Of a DNA stretch of 64,000 bases, positions 51,231 through 64,000 are shown piece by piece. Made by a program: the position numbers and the translations under genes. The DNA is from Octopus sinensis (taxonomy: Eukaryota): the NCBI RefSeq assembly GCF_006345805.1, contig NC_043008.1:65968001-66032000 (forward strand), written 5' to 3'. The notes under the pieces were generated by a model. It was not told the origin of the DNA. It saw only the letters and a program-made list of their open reading frames with translations, and did not search any database. Each line of letters opens with the position of its first letter. Positions within the stretch are counted from its first letter, which is position 1.

Positions 51231-52868
51231 TGCCACAAAGCAGAGGAACCATGGTGTAACCCACTAAGGTGTGGTAAACTTTCAAACCCTAGTCTAGATT
51301 GCGAATCCTATGCACCCCAGGATGGTTCAGTTCTCCACCCATTAAAAAGCCACCGTTTACGGAATGAGGATAACAACGTAACTTTCGCGCCCGAGCAACC
51401 GCCAGTCTATCGCGTGTGGTGGGTGAATCTTCAAGTTGCCACACGCATTCTTAGGAGCATAGAGTAGGCTCGAATTAGAGATTATTCTTTGTGGCTAATG
51501 ACGTGAGTCCTGATTGGAAGAAGAAGAAGAAGAAGAAGAAGAAGAAGAAGAAGAAGAAGAAGAGAAGAAGAAGAAGAAGAAGAAGAAGAAGAAGAAGACA
51601 ACAGCAGCATTAGTGTCATTCACCACCATCATCATCACCATCATCTCCGTCAGTAGTATTAATCAGTAACATTGTTTTCTTTTAATCTGTTTTAACAAAA
51701 GAAAAGATTTAGAGACAGTGTTCACAGCTTGTTTGGGTTCCGATTGTGCTGGGTTTATCTAAAAGTTGGCAGGCAGGCAGGCAAGGCAAGGAAGCAAAGG
51801 AAGGAATGAACGAACGTACGAACGAAGTTGTACATTTTATTCATTTATTCGAAGCTGACAGCTGACGCGTCCCTCCGTTGATGCTCCGAGTTTTCCCGTT
51901 TCTATTCTTCTTGGCTTCTCAAACTCATTTCTGTTTATCGTTTCTCTATTTGTTAATTAGCAAGGTTGTTAACTTGGAAGAGTTTGCGCAACTGAATAAA
52001 TTAGCGATTCCTACTGAGGTCAATTTTGTCTTTCATCCTTTCAAGATCAGCAAATAAAATATTAGCCACAGATGGGATGGATGGATGAATTGGTGAAATT
52101 AATAGAGCATCGTACGAGTTGTTCTGCAGCATCCGTGACTTTGGGTTTTGACAGCAACTCTGGTGGTCAAGTTGTATTTAGTTCTTTCTTTTCCTTTAGA
52201 CAACAACGGTAGAGTTAAGAGGGAAAGACTTGCCTACAGGAAAAACTGATGGTCTTTCATTTAAAAAAAAATATCCTTTACGAAGTCTGCGAGAAGAGGA
52301 GTATTTATGATCGCACACAACATACAGAACTTTATTAAACGGAAGAGAAACATACCAAGGGAAATAACTCTTACTCAAAAATTTTCCATGATGCTATTTC
52401 ATATAAATTATCCCCCTTAGATTCTTTCTATTGGTCAAAAGATATATTTTTTAAAACTTTAATTTCTTATTTACAAATGAAAGTGAAAGCAGTTTAAATT
52501 TGTACGTTCGCAATATTCCACTATTATTGAATATATAAATAATATAAATGAAGTACTTTTAATTTCAAACTAGAAAAAAAAAACAGTGTATCAACAGTTT
52601 GTTTCCTAATGGTGTCTGATTTAGACAAAAGACCAGAAATTTTGAGGAGACGGGATATTAGTTGATTACATCGACGACCCCTGTACTAGACTGATAGTTT
52701 ATTATTCGACCACGAAATGTTGAAAACAAAGCTGGCTTCAGTAGAATTCGAAGATAGAGCATAAAGAACCGGAAGACGTAATGTGCAAGGCATTCTTTTC
52801 GAACTTTGAACGGTTCTACCACACACCTCCCCTCTTTCTCTCCATTCCCCCCCCCCCCCCCACAACAC

Positions 52869-52902
<34 letters not shown>

Positions 52903-52919
52903 CTTCTTTCTCTCTCTGT

Positions 52920-53065
52920 AATAAGAAGCTTGCTTCGAACCACATGCTTCCGGGTTCAGTCCCACTGCGTGACACTTTGGGCAAGTGTCTTCTACCATAG
53001 CCCCAGGCCGACCAAAGCCTCGTTAGTGGATTTGGTAGACGGAAACTGAAAGAAGCGTGTCGTGT
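52920..53065 (+). mobile_element. SINE group A, 5' part
   Basis: Homologous to 1150-1295. Confidence 0.8.
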
Positions 53066-53172
53066 ACATACATACATACATACGTACATACATACATACA
53101 TACATACATACATACATACATACATACATACATACATACATACATACATACATACATACATACATAATACAG

Positions 53173-53199
<27 letters not shown>

Positions 53200-53204
<5 letters not shown>

Positions 53205-53510
53205 CTTCCCCCATCAACCTCTTTCATCCTTCAAAGAAGCCTACAACCTGCATGACCTCTCAGTCCACAGTTTCTTCCCTAAACCCACCTAACCTCGGTT
53301 ACGTGGAAGGAGAGGGGAGAAGTAGAAGCAGAGGGATAAACTACACACGTGTTCTTGGTGATTTCTTTTCTTTCTTTGAACCTTTCCCTTTCTCCTTTCC
53401 GACGAAGAGCTATGCTCGAAACGTCAACAACTCTCTCTTTTTACTGAATGTCAAACTAATACATTCCTTGTTATTGCTAATTTTATTATTTGCTGATTTG
53501 ATTTAACTAT
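53200..53510 (+). mobile_element. Deleted Penelope-like derivative with 3' hammerhead
   Basis: 53225-53290 matches the reverse complement of 59757-59820, followed by a hammerhead motif. Confidence 0.65.
53396..53427 (+). ncRNA. Minimal hammerhead motif (U4C variant)
   Basis: CCGACGA-A-GAGC-tat-GCTC-GAAACGTC; stem I is weak (TT/AA). Confidence 0.55.
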
Positions 53511-54058
53511 ATGCATATATACATTTATATAAGCATGTTAGTCCGTCGGAGACTAGAGGACCTCCTACTCATTCTTAACGATGATTGATGATTGATGATT
53601 GATGACTTGCATGGTAACTTTGTTTCAAATAAAAAGTAAAGGAGTTGCGCACCGTCAATCTGATTCTCTCACCCGTGACTATCTTTAAACCAGTGGCAAG
53701 ATCAGATCAGGACGACGGGGGACGAATGCATTCAAAGACCAGATGGTCTAACTGGTTCATCTTGTTCTTTGCGCACTCCATAATGTGTTGTGTACCCACC
53801 TTTCCTTCCGTTGAACCGTGAAGATTTCTTCCGCAGACTCCACCAGATCCAATATTTAACCTATAGCTAGGACCTTGACAAGGGCTACTCCGCTGTGTCA
53901 GAGCAGAGCTGGGAGCAAAAGTGGTCAAGCAGTAGTTGTTCTACACTCTCCAAAAACCTAGAAGCCCTGAACCAACGAGCACTAACGGAGTGTAGTTTCG
54001 AGGTATATACATGCATGTATGTATGCATGTGTGTGTGGAAACTGAAAGAAGCCCGTCG

Positions 54059-54110
<52 letters not shown>

Positions 54111-54253
54111 GTGTGTGTGTGTGTGTGTGTGTGTGTGTATTTGACCATAAATTTAGAAACTATTGGACTGACTAATAATTCTTTGTGATTCCCTGAGAAG
54201 CACATAGTATGCAAATGTGGTGTGGCTTCTCTTTTTATCTTTTCTTTTTATTT

Positions 54254-54285
<32 letters not shown>

Positions 54286-54790
54286 GTAAGGCACCGTTTT
54301 TTCTCGGGGAGAGAGAGCATAGTAGGAAGTGACATCCAATCAGCCAGCTAAACAGACAGTCAGACAAAGAGTTTGCGAGGAAGAAGAATCGGCACCAACA
54401 CTTTGAATGATACTTTACTTATCGAATCGATCCAGAAGGATTAAATGACATGCTGGTCTCGGCGTGATTCGAACTAAGAGTACAGAGATTTAGAACAAAT
54501 ACATCAATGCATTCCGTTCAACGTTATTGTAGTGACTCTACCAGTTGAATAAATATGCTAATTGAGAACTAGACGCAATCCTTCTCCCGGTTTAACGCCA
54601 GTGAATTGCCGTGTACTCTTCAGCGGAGAACTCTCAGTTTCAAATATTTGAGGCATTGTAATTAAAAATTTAATTGAGAGGAAGGGCTCTTCACATGCTA
54701 ATTAAGAATAGTTCAAGAGCATTAGTGAATTAAAATAAGTCCAATCGGCATTAACCTAGAATTCAAACTACATTACGAATGTATATGCGG

Positions 54791-54841
<51 letters not shown>

Positions 54842-55085
54842 AGTGTGTGTGCGTGCTTGTGCTTGTAAATGTGTGTAAGTGTGCCTATATGTACACACAG
54901 GTGTGTGTGTGAGAGAGAGGGAGGGAATGAGTGAGTCAGTGAGTGAGTGTGCGTGTGCGAGTGAACGTGTGCCAGTGAATGTGTGAATGTATGTATGTAT
55001 GTATGTATGTATGTATGTATGTATATGGATGTGTGCGTTTCTGCGCGTAGGTATGTATATATGTACACGTGTGAGTGTGTATGCT

Positions 55086-55117
<32 letters not shown>

Positions 55118-55128
55118 ATATATAATAT

Positions 55129-55162
<34 letters not shown>

Positions 55163-55164
55163 TA

Positions 55165-55307
<143 letters not shown>

Positions 55308-55685
55308 AGTCAAACACGCATGGCAATAAACAAATAAACGGAAAAGATCAAAGAAGATCAAGTTGAAAGCATATTCTAAATGCACAGACGAACCAAGGAC
55401 ATACACAGAAGGTCATCAATTCCATATCGGTTATCAGCCATGGTGTCAAACGCAATTTGGTGTTATTATCGTTAATAACTGGAGTTAATCAACAAGAAAA
55501 CTTGCTGGGAATGCGACCAAAAGATAACAAAACAAAAGGAGATAGACAAACAAGGATGAACAAAAAATGCGGAAATGGACATATGAAAATGGATAAAAGT
55601 AATTCGAGAGGAGACTGTTAGTGGACGGACGAGGGGGGAAAAGAAAGAAAAAGAATAAAGCTTGGGATCTGGCGAAGACAACAAA

Positions 55686-55716
<31 letters not shown>

Positions 55717-56864
55717 TGATACATATACAACAACAAAAAATACCATGGGCTGGCAGACAGGCAAATGTGAAGTAAGGAAAAATGTCCTAAAGGACTAAAA
55801 ATAAGAGAAAGACAAGAGAAAGGCAGGAACACAAGGAAGTGTAATCGATTCGGTTCCCTGTCGAAGGCAATGCGATAAATAAGTAGGTAGGTAGGTATCA
55901 ATGCACCAATGTATGAATGCATATATACAATATACAAGAAAATAAATTAAGGTGGTGCTCCAGCATGGTCGCAGTCCTACTACCGAAACCATTAAAAGAA
56001 TAGACGAGAGAACAGAATGACCGTTGTAACATTAATTTCTGACACTTAACATTCATTAATTTCTGAATCTTTTACTTTTTGTCCTTTCGGAGACGAAAAT
56101 ACAACAAGCTTCTTAGATTCTAAGCCAGGATTCGAAATCGAATATACATTTTACTACCAGTTTCTTTCTTATAGTTCTTGGTTTTTAGCTTAGGAATTTA
56201 CGAGCGTTAACTATCACACTTAGTTAAGTTCTATTGTTTAAGTTAACATTCTTGGGTTAAATACAGTGCAAGAGAGACAAACCCATTACTTTCAATTGTT
56301 ATCTGACCTTCGTGCAACTTTTCAACATGTATAAATTCAAATTCAGTTCTTATTTCTTTTGTTTTGTTTTTCGGCGTTGACCGAGGATGCACGTTATGCG
56401 AGAAATTACACACTCGTTTAGACTCTTACTCTTCTCACTCTCCTTTTTTCCCACCAGTCTTCTAGCACTCAACAAGAGTCGGATTTAACTACCGACGGAC
56501 TGGAAAACTGAGCAGCAAATTATCATTAATTGGTGAAATTGGTGAAAATAAAAGGCCTTTTCATCTAAAAATAATATTTTCTTCGCCTTTATTGGGTGCA
56601 TATAATCTTTATAAAGTACCAGTTAAGTACTAGGGTCGATGGTATCAATAAACGATCTTCCTTTAAAATTTTTAAGCTTGTGCCTAAAATCAGAAGCCAT
56701 TATTCTGCGAGCTAGCAGAGCCTTTAGCACGCTGGACAAAACGCTTAGTGGCATTTCGTCCGTCTTCAGAGATCTGTTTCCGCAGAGGGCAACGTAATCG
56801 ACTTCTTCCTCTCTGCGAAAGCTGTTGACCTTGTTTCTATAGTAGAAAGAACTATGATTACAAT

Positions 56865-56898
56865 TATTGTTGTTGTTGTTGTTTTCTTTTATCGATGC

Positions 56899-56929
<31 letters not shown>

Positions 56930-57153
56930 AAGAAGAACAACAACAACAACAACAACAACACGAAAAAGAAGAAGAAGAAGAAGAAGAAGAAGAAGAAGAA
57001 GAAGAAGAAGAAGAAGAAGAGAGGAGGTCGACTTTGCCTTTCATCCTTTCGGAGTCGATAAAATAAGTAACAGTTGAACACCGGGGTCGATGTAATGGAC
57101 TTCCACCTCCCCTAAAATTGTTGGTCTTATGCCAAAATTTGAACCCAGTCTTT

Positions 57154-57187
<34 letters not shown>

Positions 57188-57222
57188 GGTGGTGGTGGTG
57201 GTGGTGGTGGTGGTGGTGGTGG

Positions 57223-57259
<37 letters not shown>

Positions 57260-57525
57260 GATGATGATGATGATGATGATGATAATTATGATGATGATGA
57301 AGATGAATGATGATGATGATGATGATGAATGATGATGATGATGATGATGATGATGAAGATGATGATGATGAAGATGATGATGATGATGATGATGATGTTG
57401 ATGATGATGATGTTGATGATGATGATATGATGATGATGATGATGAAGATGATGATGATGATGATGATGATGATGATAATTATGATGATGATGATGATGAT
57501 GAAGATGATGATGATGATGATGATG

Positions 57526-57576
<51 letters not shown>

Positions 57577-57789
57577 GTAAATGGAAATATGTACGAAATA
57601 TGCAAGGAGCAAGTATGCTGGAGACAATAGCAGCCATGGGAAAAGTAAATAAGACAGAAATAGAATTGGAGTTAGCGGAAAGTGGGAGAGGTAGACAGAA
57701 AATTGCCATGACTGATAGACAGATAGATGCTTAGATAGACTGACAAACAGGTGAAGAGAGAGAAAGAGAGAGAAAACGACAAGTGAACT

Positions 57790-57861
<72 letters not shown>

Positions 57862-57862
57862 T

Positions 57863-57934
<72 letters not shown>

Positions 57935-57935
57935 G
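56865..57935. repeat. Compound microsatellite field (GAA, CAA, GGT, GAT, ATT, GATA) with group B SINE remnants
   Basis: Direct reading. Confidence 0.9.
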
Positions 57936-59179
57936 CAAAGAGACAGACAGACAGACACAGACGACAGACAGACCGACAGAACATATGAGGTAAAAGAGAT
58001 AATAAAAACCATCTGCGGTTCTTTTGTTGGCATCTGTTGAGCAATATGTCAAAACATCTGGCAACGAAAAGTTAAGACAACCGAAAACGAAGTCTTACGG
58101 GATTCAAGATTTTCCTTCGTGATTTAAAAGTTTTACTTTCTTCGATGTTTTTCTCGTTCTGTTGTCTGCCATATGTACTTCCAGACTTCTAACACTGCTT
58201 CCCAACATAACTGAAATGTCTCAGAATCAAAGAAAGCATTTCTACACGGTTGCTTGGTTTGTAAGAAATAACAGTTAAATCTACTTCAAGCCAGAAGTAA
58301 CTGACTGGTTTAAATACAGGTGAGATATCAGATATTGTAGTTCATGATATAGATAAAACACATCATAGAAACTGTTGGAATGCTTTTGATCTAAAAGCGT
58401 TCTTAACCATTCGACCATGGCCGAATGGTTAAGAACGTTCGCTTTGAAATTATGAAGTCTCGTGTTCGATACCTCTGCATGACATCTTGACAAGTGTCTT
58501 TTTATCATGTCTTTTTATCATAGTATCGAGTCGTTGACTCAAGCTTTGTGAGTGAAATTCAGTGGCCAGAAACTTTGCTTAAACCTGAAAGAGGGATTGC
58601 ACTTGGAATACAATAGTCCAGCCTTGTCGCATGCTATGTCACGTTAATTCAACCAGAGAATTGCATTAAATATACACGTAGGTGTAGAATACTCAACCAG
58701 TTACACACTAATTCAGTAAGGAAGTGATTTACTTAATCGGACAACTGTATAATCATCTTCAACTCGATGAAGATTCATTTTGTCGATGACGAGTGACTTG
58801 TCGTTAGACAACAGCTGCTGATTAATTTTCGGGGTTGTCTCACGCGTATTTCACGACCAGAAATAAATTGATCCTTCTGCTCACTACGGGTGCATTTAAC
58901 ATTTCTTATTTCTTCATTTAAATTAGCACTGATTTATCTATTAATTATGTAATTTTAGTTGTTAATTTATTAGTTATTCACTTCCAACCTCAGTAGTTAA
59001 TTTATAGATATACTGGTTTCAAAATTTACTTTTTACTCCCCAGAAACTACTGGCCTTGTGCCAGCAGTTTCGGGGGCAGAGGCTAAGTCGATTGCATTAC
59101 CTTGGTATTGAACTGGTACTTATTTTATCAACCCCAGAAGTATGAAGGCAAAGTCGACCTCGGAGGAATTTGAGATGTG

Positions 59180-60418
59180 TAGAGTTGGGAAGTAGATGGA
59201 GGTCGTAACGATGAAGAGAGAAGGTGAAAGGGAGATGGTGGGTAAGAGTGAAGAGAGGAAGTAGGTGACAGGGCAAGATAGGAGAGGAGAAGTGGGTGGG
59301 AGTGAAGAGAAGAGAGAGGAGGGGTATCAGATGAAGAGGAGAGGAGAGTTGAGCCCATGTGGCGCAAAAGAGCGAAGAGAGAAGATTAATTCTTGTTCAC
59401 GGTGAAGGCAGGAGTCAGGATGGCCCCTGTGCGAGGGCAATCCGAACACAGACAAGTGTTGTAATGAATGACCAGTAGAGCGAAGATGGTGCGAGACCGG
59501 GGTGTGGTTACCGAGTCTAATACCTCGGAAGTGTTCTGCGAACGGATCAGCCAAGCGGCGTCCCGTTTGACCGATGAACAGAGAAGGACAGAAAGAGCAG
59601 GAGATGCAGTAAATGACCTTGCTAGAAGTGCAGGTGAAGGCGTCAGTGATATGATAGGGATAATGTTGGGTGTCTGTGAGGATGGTGGTGTTGGAGAAGT
59701 AGAGGCAAGTGCGGAAGCGTGGGCGGGAGGAGGGGAACGAGCCGGGTTGGGAAGTGGAGTTAGGGAAGGTACTGTGGACCAAGAGGTCACGTAGGTTGTG
59801 GGTTTGTTTGAAGGAGGGAGGGGTAGGTTGGAGATGTGCGAAGTGGAGGGGTCAGACTGGAGTCGCCGGAAGGCTCGGAGAATGGTGCGTTGGAAAGGCA
59901 GGGTAGAGGGGTGGTAGGTGAGGGGAAACGGAAGACGGGTAACGGTGGGGCGGGTGCAAGGAGAGAGAGCGGATGCACGGTCCATGGAACGTGCTCTGGC
60001 AAGGGCGGTGTGGGTAGTGGCGAGGGGATATTCACGAAGGATGAAGTGGCGAGCCATGAGTTGAGACTGAGTCTCAAAATCATGGTTATCACTGCAGAGC
60101 CTGTGCAGACAGAGGAATTGGGAGTAGGGGATGGAGAGCTTGGTGTGGTTAGGGTGGGAGGAGAAGAAGTTGAGGTATGAGTGTGAGTCGGTGTGTTTGT
60201 AGTGGATGGAGGTGGTGGGAGTGGACCACCAGCTCCATGCATGTTGACCGAAACGTCGAGAAAGGCGACGAAAGTGTTGGAAATGGTGCAGAATTCGAGG
60301 GCAGGATGGAAAGCCTAGACAAAAGAGAGGAAGGAGTTTAGTTGTTCTCGGGAGAGTGAGGACGCACTGATACAGTCATCAATATAACGACCGTATAGTT
60401 CGGGAGTGGAACCAGAAT
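59180..60418 (-). mobile_element. Penelope-like retroelement, 5'-truncated (RT C-half + GIY-YIG endonuclease), frameshifted
   Basis: YGRYIDDC (RT), FLDV, SIPYSQFLRLHRLC and FTCTSSKVIYCISCSFCPSLFIGQTGRRLADPFAEH (GIY-YIG). Confidence 0.9.
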
Positions 60419-60419
60419 T

Positions 60420-60640
60420 CTCTTGGCCTTTTAGTTGTTCTACATGGCAGAGTTTAATGCCAAAGATTATCTGGGTATTCTGACTGATCATGTTCATTCT
60501 TTAGTATAAACAATATCCTCTGGTGTTTCAGAACAATGATGCGTCGATTTACACGGCTACTGTTATTCAAAATTGATATGAAGGTCACAAAAGTGAAGTA
60601 GAATATTGTGGTGCATTTTAGAGCTGCAAGTGAGAAACCA
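60420..60640 (+). mobile_element. Decayed Tc1 transposase fragment
   Basis: NAKDYLGILTDHVH...FQNNDASIYTA...LWCILE, resembling the element at 61051-62375. Confidence 0.6.
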
Positions 60641-60838
60641 CTTTAGTCTACTTTAGTGTATATGAGTATGTGAGTGTATGTGTGTGTCTATATATATATA
60701 TATATATTTTTTTAATATATAATATATAAATATTATAATATATATATATATAATATAATATATAATATTATATATATATATATATAATAATAATTAATAT
60801 AATATATAATATAAATAATATAATAATAATATAATATA

Positions 60839-60877
<39 letters not shown>

Positions 60878-60960
60878 ATATATATATATATACATGTATA
60901 TACATGCTTCACACGCATATATACATACATTCACACATACACACATACACACACGTACGC

Positions 60961-61004
<44 letters not shown>

Positions 61005-61050
61005 ACACACACACACACCACACACACACCTATATATATATATATACATA

Positions 61051-62375
61051 CAGGAGTTTGAGCAAAATAATGGAAACACCTTAAAATTTCAAACAAATTT
61101 ATTTTAATATGGAGTAGGACCGCCTTTGTCAGTAATTACACCTTGAATTCTACGAGGTATGGACTCGTACAAGGTTTGACTTGTTTCCAAGGGAATGTTT
61201 TGTCCATTCTTCAGTTAAAGCAGTCTCCAGTTCTAGTAGTGATGATAGTGGAGAATATCGACTCATTTGTTTTTCTAAAATGCACCATAAATGTTCAATA
61301 ATATTGAGATCTGGGGACTATAGTAGCCAGATAAGATGTTTAACTTTACTAAAATGTTCCTCGTGCCATTCAGTAACAACTCTAGCTGGGTGAATTGGTG
61401 CATTATCATCCTGAAAGATTGTGTTTCCCTCCGGAAACAGTCCTGCAACCATAGGATGAATTTAATCAGATATAATGCTTAAAATCACAGGCGCAGGTAA
61501 GTAGGTAAGTAGCTTGCATACCAAGCACATGGTTCCGGGTTCAGTCCCACAAACATAGGATGAATTTGATCAGGTAAAATGCTTAAACAGTATTGACTAT
61601 TAATTCTGACAAGAAGGTAAACCATTGGGCCGGCGGATTTCCAAGATATAGCCCCCCAGATCATCACAGATCCTCGTCCATATTTTACAGATGGAAGAAG
61701 GCAGTCTGGGTCAAATGCTTCTTTTTGCTGTCTCCACACGTATACTCGGCCGATGGTCGGAAATAAGTAAAAGGATGATTCGTCCGAGAAAATAATATTC
61801 TTCTACTGCTCTAGGGACCAATTCTGTAGGTTTTTACTCCACTCTAAATGTTTTGCAACATTTGTTTTTGAAATTAATGGTTTTCTGATTGCAGCCCTCT
61901 CCTGAAATCTGGCTTCGTGCAGCTCCCGGCAGACAGTTTTTGTGGAAACCGTGTTCTTGAGGTGGTCATTAAGCTCTGCAGTAATTTTGGGTGATCCTTT
62001 CTAACAATTCGCGTAAGAGTCCGATGGTCCCTATCTGAAAGTTTTGGTTTTCTTCCGGAGTTTTGTGTCGCCGAGGAGGTTTTTCCCTCTTTCTCAAAGG
62101 CTGCCATTATTTCGAGACTGTTACGCTAGCGCCTGCCATACGAGCATCAACAATTTGACCTCTTTGAAAGTCCTATAGATCTGTCATTTTAATGAAATTT
62201 AATTACCTTTCCTGGTGATATCTGAAAAGAAACGGCAATTTTAGCAAAACATATTAAGCAATACTAATAATAAATAAAAAATCATTTAAATAAACAAGCA
62301 TTTGACGGTTTTATAGATATTTCAAAATTATGATGCTATGATGCTAGGTGTTTCCTTTATTTTGTCCAACCCCTG
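61051..62375 (-). mobile_element. Tc1-family transposon with both TIRs, defective transposase
   Basis: TIRs caggagtttgagcaaaataatggaaacacct / aggtgtttcctttattttgtccaacccctg in (TA)n; SGRKPKLS, FSDESSF, GSVMIWG, FQDDNAPIH, SPDLNIIEHLW. Confidence 0.92.
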
Positions 62376-62377
62376 TG

Positions 62378-62442
<65 letters not shown>

Positions 62443-62491
62443 TACACACACATACAAATACACACATACACACCACACACCACACACACCA

Positions 62492-62524
<33 letters not shown>

Positions 62525-62579
62525 ATATATATATATATATAATATATATATATATAATATACACATATATGTATATATG

Positions 62580-63096
62580 AGCAAAACGTCACCAATGGAC
62601 GGTGCTGAGTTGTCAAATGTTTAAACCAAATTTCTCTAAACAACTTGTCCGACCGCCCCATAGGCCTCCTTTTTGAAAAACACTGATTCAACCTAAATTT
62701 GAGATACCAGCAAAAGAAGAAATAAAGATAGACTTTTTTTTTATTCCAAAGAAAAACGATTTTATTCACACAAATATGCAACCGAAGAGTTCAAAGTACC
62801 AGTAATGATAAGGCTGTTGATTGGGAGAACACAAACATGGTCTAAACAGTAAGCTTGGCAGGAAAGAAACGTGTAAAACAACAAAAAATGGAAGGTGCAG
62901 TTATGTACAGGTTGACGGAAGAAAAGCAGGACAAAAACGGCTTTATCGATCGCATTCTCACCTGGAATCGATTTTTGTAATTTTTTCAAGACTTATACCG
63001 TCGGTTTCTACATATCAAATTTGAGTGCAATCGGATGGAGGATGCCGGAGATCCGAGAAGACACACACACACACAGAACGGATTTTATATAATCGA
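62580..63096 (-). mobile_element. Possible Helitron-type non-autonomous remnant
   Basis: Minus strand starts TCGATTATATAAAA followed by (TG)n, similar in style to the 5' end at 40380. No CTRR 3' end seen. Confidence 0.35.
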
Positions 63097-63307
63097 TAAA
63101 GGCAGAGAGAGAGAGAATGCTGTACGAGACAAGTTATATAGATAATGGTCATTACATAAAGTTTCGTTTTAGTAAATTTGACTTACAACTGTTTCGATAA
63201 ACATTATAGGTTCTTCGTTCAGATTGGTTTACTCAATCGGTCCATTGATCGGTTGAGAAAAATTAAACGCCCTGTATTAACAGAGAGCTTTTAATGCAAG
63301 CACACAC

Positions 63308-63352
<45 letters not shown>

Positions 63353-63563
63353 CACTCGGGGTATGTTGCTTGCTAATTTATTGTTTTCGCAGCATGAAAC
63401 TAATAGCACCTCGTATTTAAATCCTGTATATGTTAAATATTTCTCTCTCATTGGATGGAGTTTCTTTTTTGGTGAACCCACCAATAACAGAACAGTCAAT
63501 TACAAACAAACACACACACACCCACACAAATGTCTGTATACAAACACGCACACGCACACACAC

Positions 63564-63599
<36 letters not shown>

Positions 63600-64000
63600 C
63601 ACACACACAGACACGTATACAGACACAAGCACTATACACTCACAGAGACACACACACATATCTCTCTCCTCTTCTCCCTCTCTCTCTATATATATATATA
63701 ATATATAGATATATATATTATATATATATATATATATAAGAGAGAGAGAGAAGAGAGAAGAGAGAGAGACAGATGTATCTGTATGTATGTGTGTGTATAT
63801 ATACAGCTATGTAATGATAAAGACGTATCTTAATGGCAAAAATAGGCAAAAATATTTCATTAATATTAAATTCCTTATGCGTTTTATCTTTCAATCTGTC
63901 TGTCTCTGGTTCTATTAAAGCCAACGCTACCAAATTCCATGAACCCTCCTCCCCCTCTCTCTCTCTTTCTCTCTCTCTCTCCACACCACACACACACATA

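Noticed and set aside
51235-51470. 139-aa ORF and unique GC-balanced segment
   Set aside because: The first half is SINE C sequence and the rest has no recognisable motif.
53600-54000. Unique GC-balanced stretch that might be an exon or TE fragment
   Set aside because: Only short ORFs, no domain and no consistent splice signals.

Overview
AT-rich, microsatellite-dense animal genomic DNA. The repeat landscape resembles a coleoid cephalopod such as Octopus; this is an inference, not verified. I can support one host gene, a complete 7-exon PRCC orthologue on the minus strand (CDS 49083 to 28485, 430 aa, all introns GT-AG). The rest is mostly mobile DNA: four tRNA-headed SINE groups (my labels A-D), RTE and R4/Dong-type LINE fragments, a Penelope-like (RT + GIY-YIG) fragment, Tc1, piggyBac, hAT and Helitron remnants, and TTAA MITEs. 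The most unusual signal is a set of at least seven sequence-unrelated fold-back insertions with a shared design: long inverted arms, a one-sided 40-150 nt extension, and either an 11-13 bp target duplication or an AT microsatellite target. Four of them carry minimal type I hammerhead ribozyme motifs. Two of these show the compensatory U3-A8 core, one sits exactly at the apex of a 176-bp hairpin, and one is fused to a tRNA-like Pol III head. They look like non-autonomous, ribozyme-bearing Penelope passengers. Coordinates were read by eye and repeat boundaries are approximate.
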